64,000 bases of DNA from Takakia lepidozioides (lineage: Eukaryota > Plantae > Bryophyta), in NCBI GenBank assembly GCA_030704615.1, contig CM060733.1:48980001-49044000 (forward strand), written 5' to 3'. Positions 62,851-64,000 of the stretch are shown piece after piece. The notes under the pieces were generated by a model that made no database searches, was not told the DNA's origin, and was given only the letters and a program-made list of their open reading frames with translations. Position numbers and translations under genes: made by a program. How positions within the stretch are numbered: position 1 is the stretch's first letter; each line of letters starts with the position of its first letter.

Positions 62851-64000
62851 GTGCATTTCAAAGTAGATGAGGAAGAGTATTTTTTGTTCGGAGGTTTCAG
62901 GAGAGTGGCAAGCTGAATCGTGAAATCGGACACAGCCATAGGCTTTTGTCTCCAGCTCTTCCAACCGAGAGCTGAAAGAGTGTCTATCGAGGATTTTCAA
63001 TGTTGTAGCATTCAGTCGCGCTGAGTTACTTTCTTTATTAGGTGTATGTTGTGTGAGAGTCGATTGTCATTTGTCGTTGAAGTATCTTGTCTTTCCGTTT
63101 CGAAGGATTACCTCCTTGGTTGCTGCCCGATCTGAGCTGGCACCACTCCCGGCGTTCTTTTGGATGTGACGCTATACGGTTCCGTCATCTTCTTCCCCGG
63201 TTGCGCTGTTAATCTCTCGCAGGTACCTACCCCGCCAGTCCATGCTCTCATTCTCTCTTCGGAGTGAATATTGCTTAGGATTGCTGGCCGCGTTGGCCTG
63301 AACAACATATCCATTTCTCTATCAGTCTCGAGTCTCTCTGTTTCCTTTTCCTGTACAGTTGAATCAGTTTGTATGCCAGCCGTATGCGCTTCTTCTAACT
63401 CCTGTTTCTAGCATTTCAATGAATTACAACTGCAATAGGCTCGGTGCAATCCACACTGCAATTAGCTTACTTGTGAGTCGTAGCCATTGCTTTGTTGCTC
63501 TCGTCATGGTTTCCGTTGCACAGCGATGGCAACGCCATCCGCCTGTCTCCTAAGCGGGCACGGAGAGCCAAGATATGCCACAACTACTTGGCTTTGTGTT
63601 TAAAACGTCTGTGGTGTGGGGCGAGTAGTAAGTGTATTCATTGAATATGCCAGTCATTGCATACTTGCAGGCCCGGGCTCTGTTGCGAGTACAAGTAGAC
63701 TACTTGAGACTAGTAGCGCTTCTTTCTCTTTGCCGTTTGCAAATGCAGGTTTGAGTCTTGAACGGTGTGTGAGAGAATAAATGTACTCTGACTTTGCCTA
63801 AAGCAAGTTGCATCTTGCGGCCATTTCAAAGGATATACTTTAGCTCCCTCCATTACTCGTTTGTCTTACGCCTCAACATGTGATCTGTCGACAACGCGTT
63901 GCCGCTTCATGAGTCCTCCATTTGCTCAAAATCGACACATGGATCACGTGCGTTGCATCACATGGCAGTCTATGATCCCTTGCTTTGCAGGCCCACTAAG

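Noticed and set aside
62247-64000. Protein-coding gene at window end
   Set aside because: Splice-like signals and CT-rich tracts hint at a 5' UTR region, but there is no recognisable protein or consistent exon chain.

Overview
Eukaryotic nuclear DNA from a land plant. PLS-class PPR motifs and Tcn1-like Gypsy elements suggest a non-seed plant (bryophyte, lycophyte or fern), but that is inference. 1-12.7 kb holds the first 22 exons of the DNA polymerase delta catalytic subunit gene (minus strand, running off the window start), with two inverted E2F sites upstream. A complete but degenerate PIF/Harbinger transposon (13244-17652, 3-bp TSD) sits just beyond that promoter. 18-34.5 kb is a TE graveyard: MITEs, three non-overlapping pieces of a Ty3/Gypsy chromovirus, degenerate PPR fragments and a cytochrome P450 5' fragment. 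The main discovery is a 26.1-kb Mutator-like element (34566-60665) bounded by long TIRs and a perfect 9-bp TSD (CAATGGAAG). It carries two different convergent MULE/SWIM transposase genes, a large spliced zinc-finger accessory gene of unknown function, and captured PPR/host fragments. Hundreds of copies of one short telomere-like motif (TGT[A/C]ACCC) fill its subterminal regions, several introns and even a coding exon. This layout recalls the VANDAL/VANC sequence-specific anti-silencing system. A 500-N assembly gap lies inside the element. All TE genes contain stops or frameshifts.
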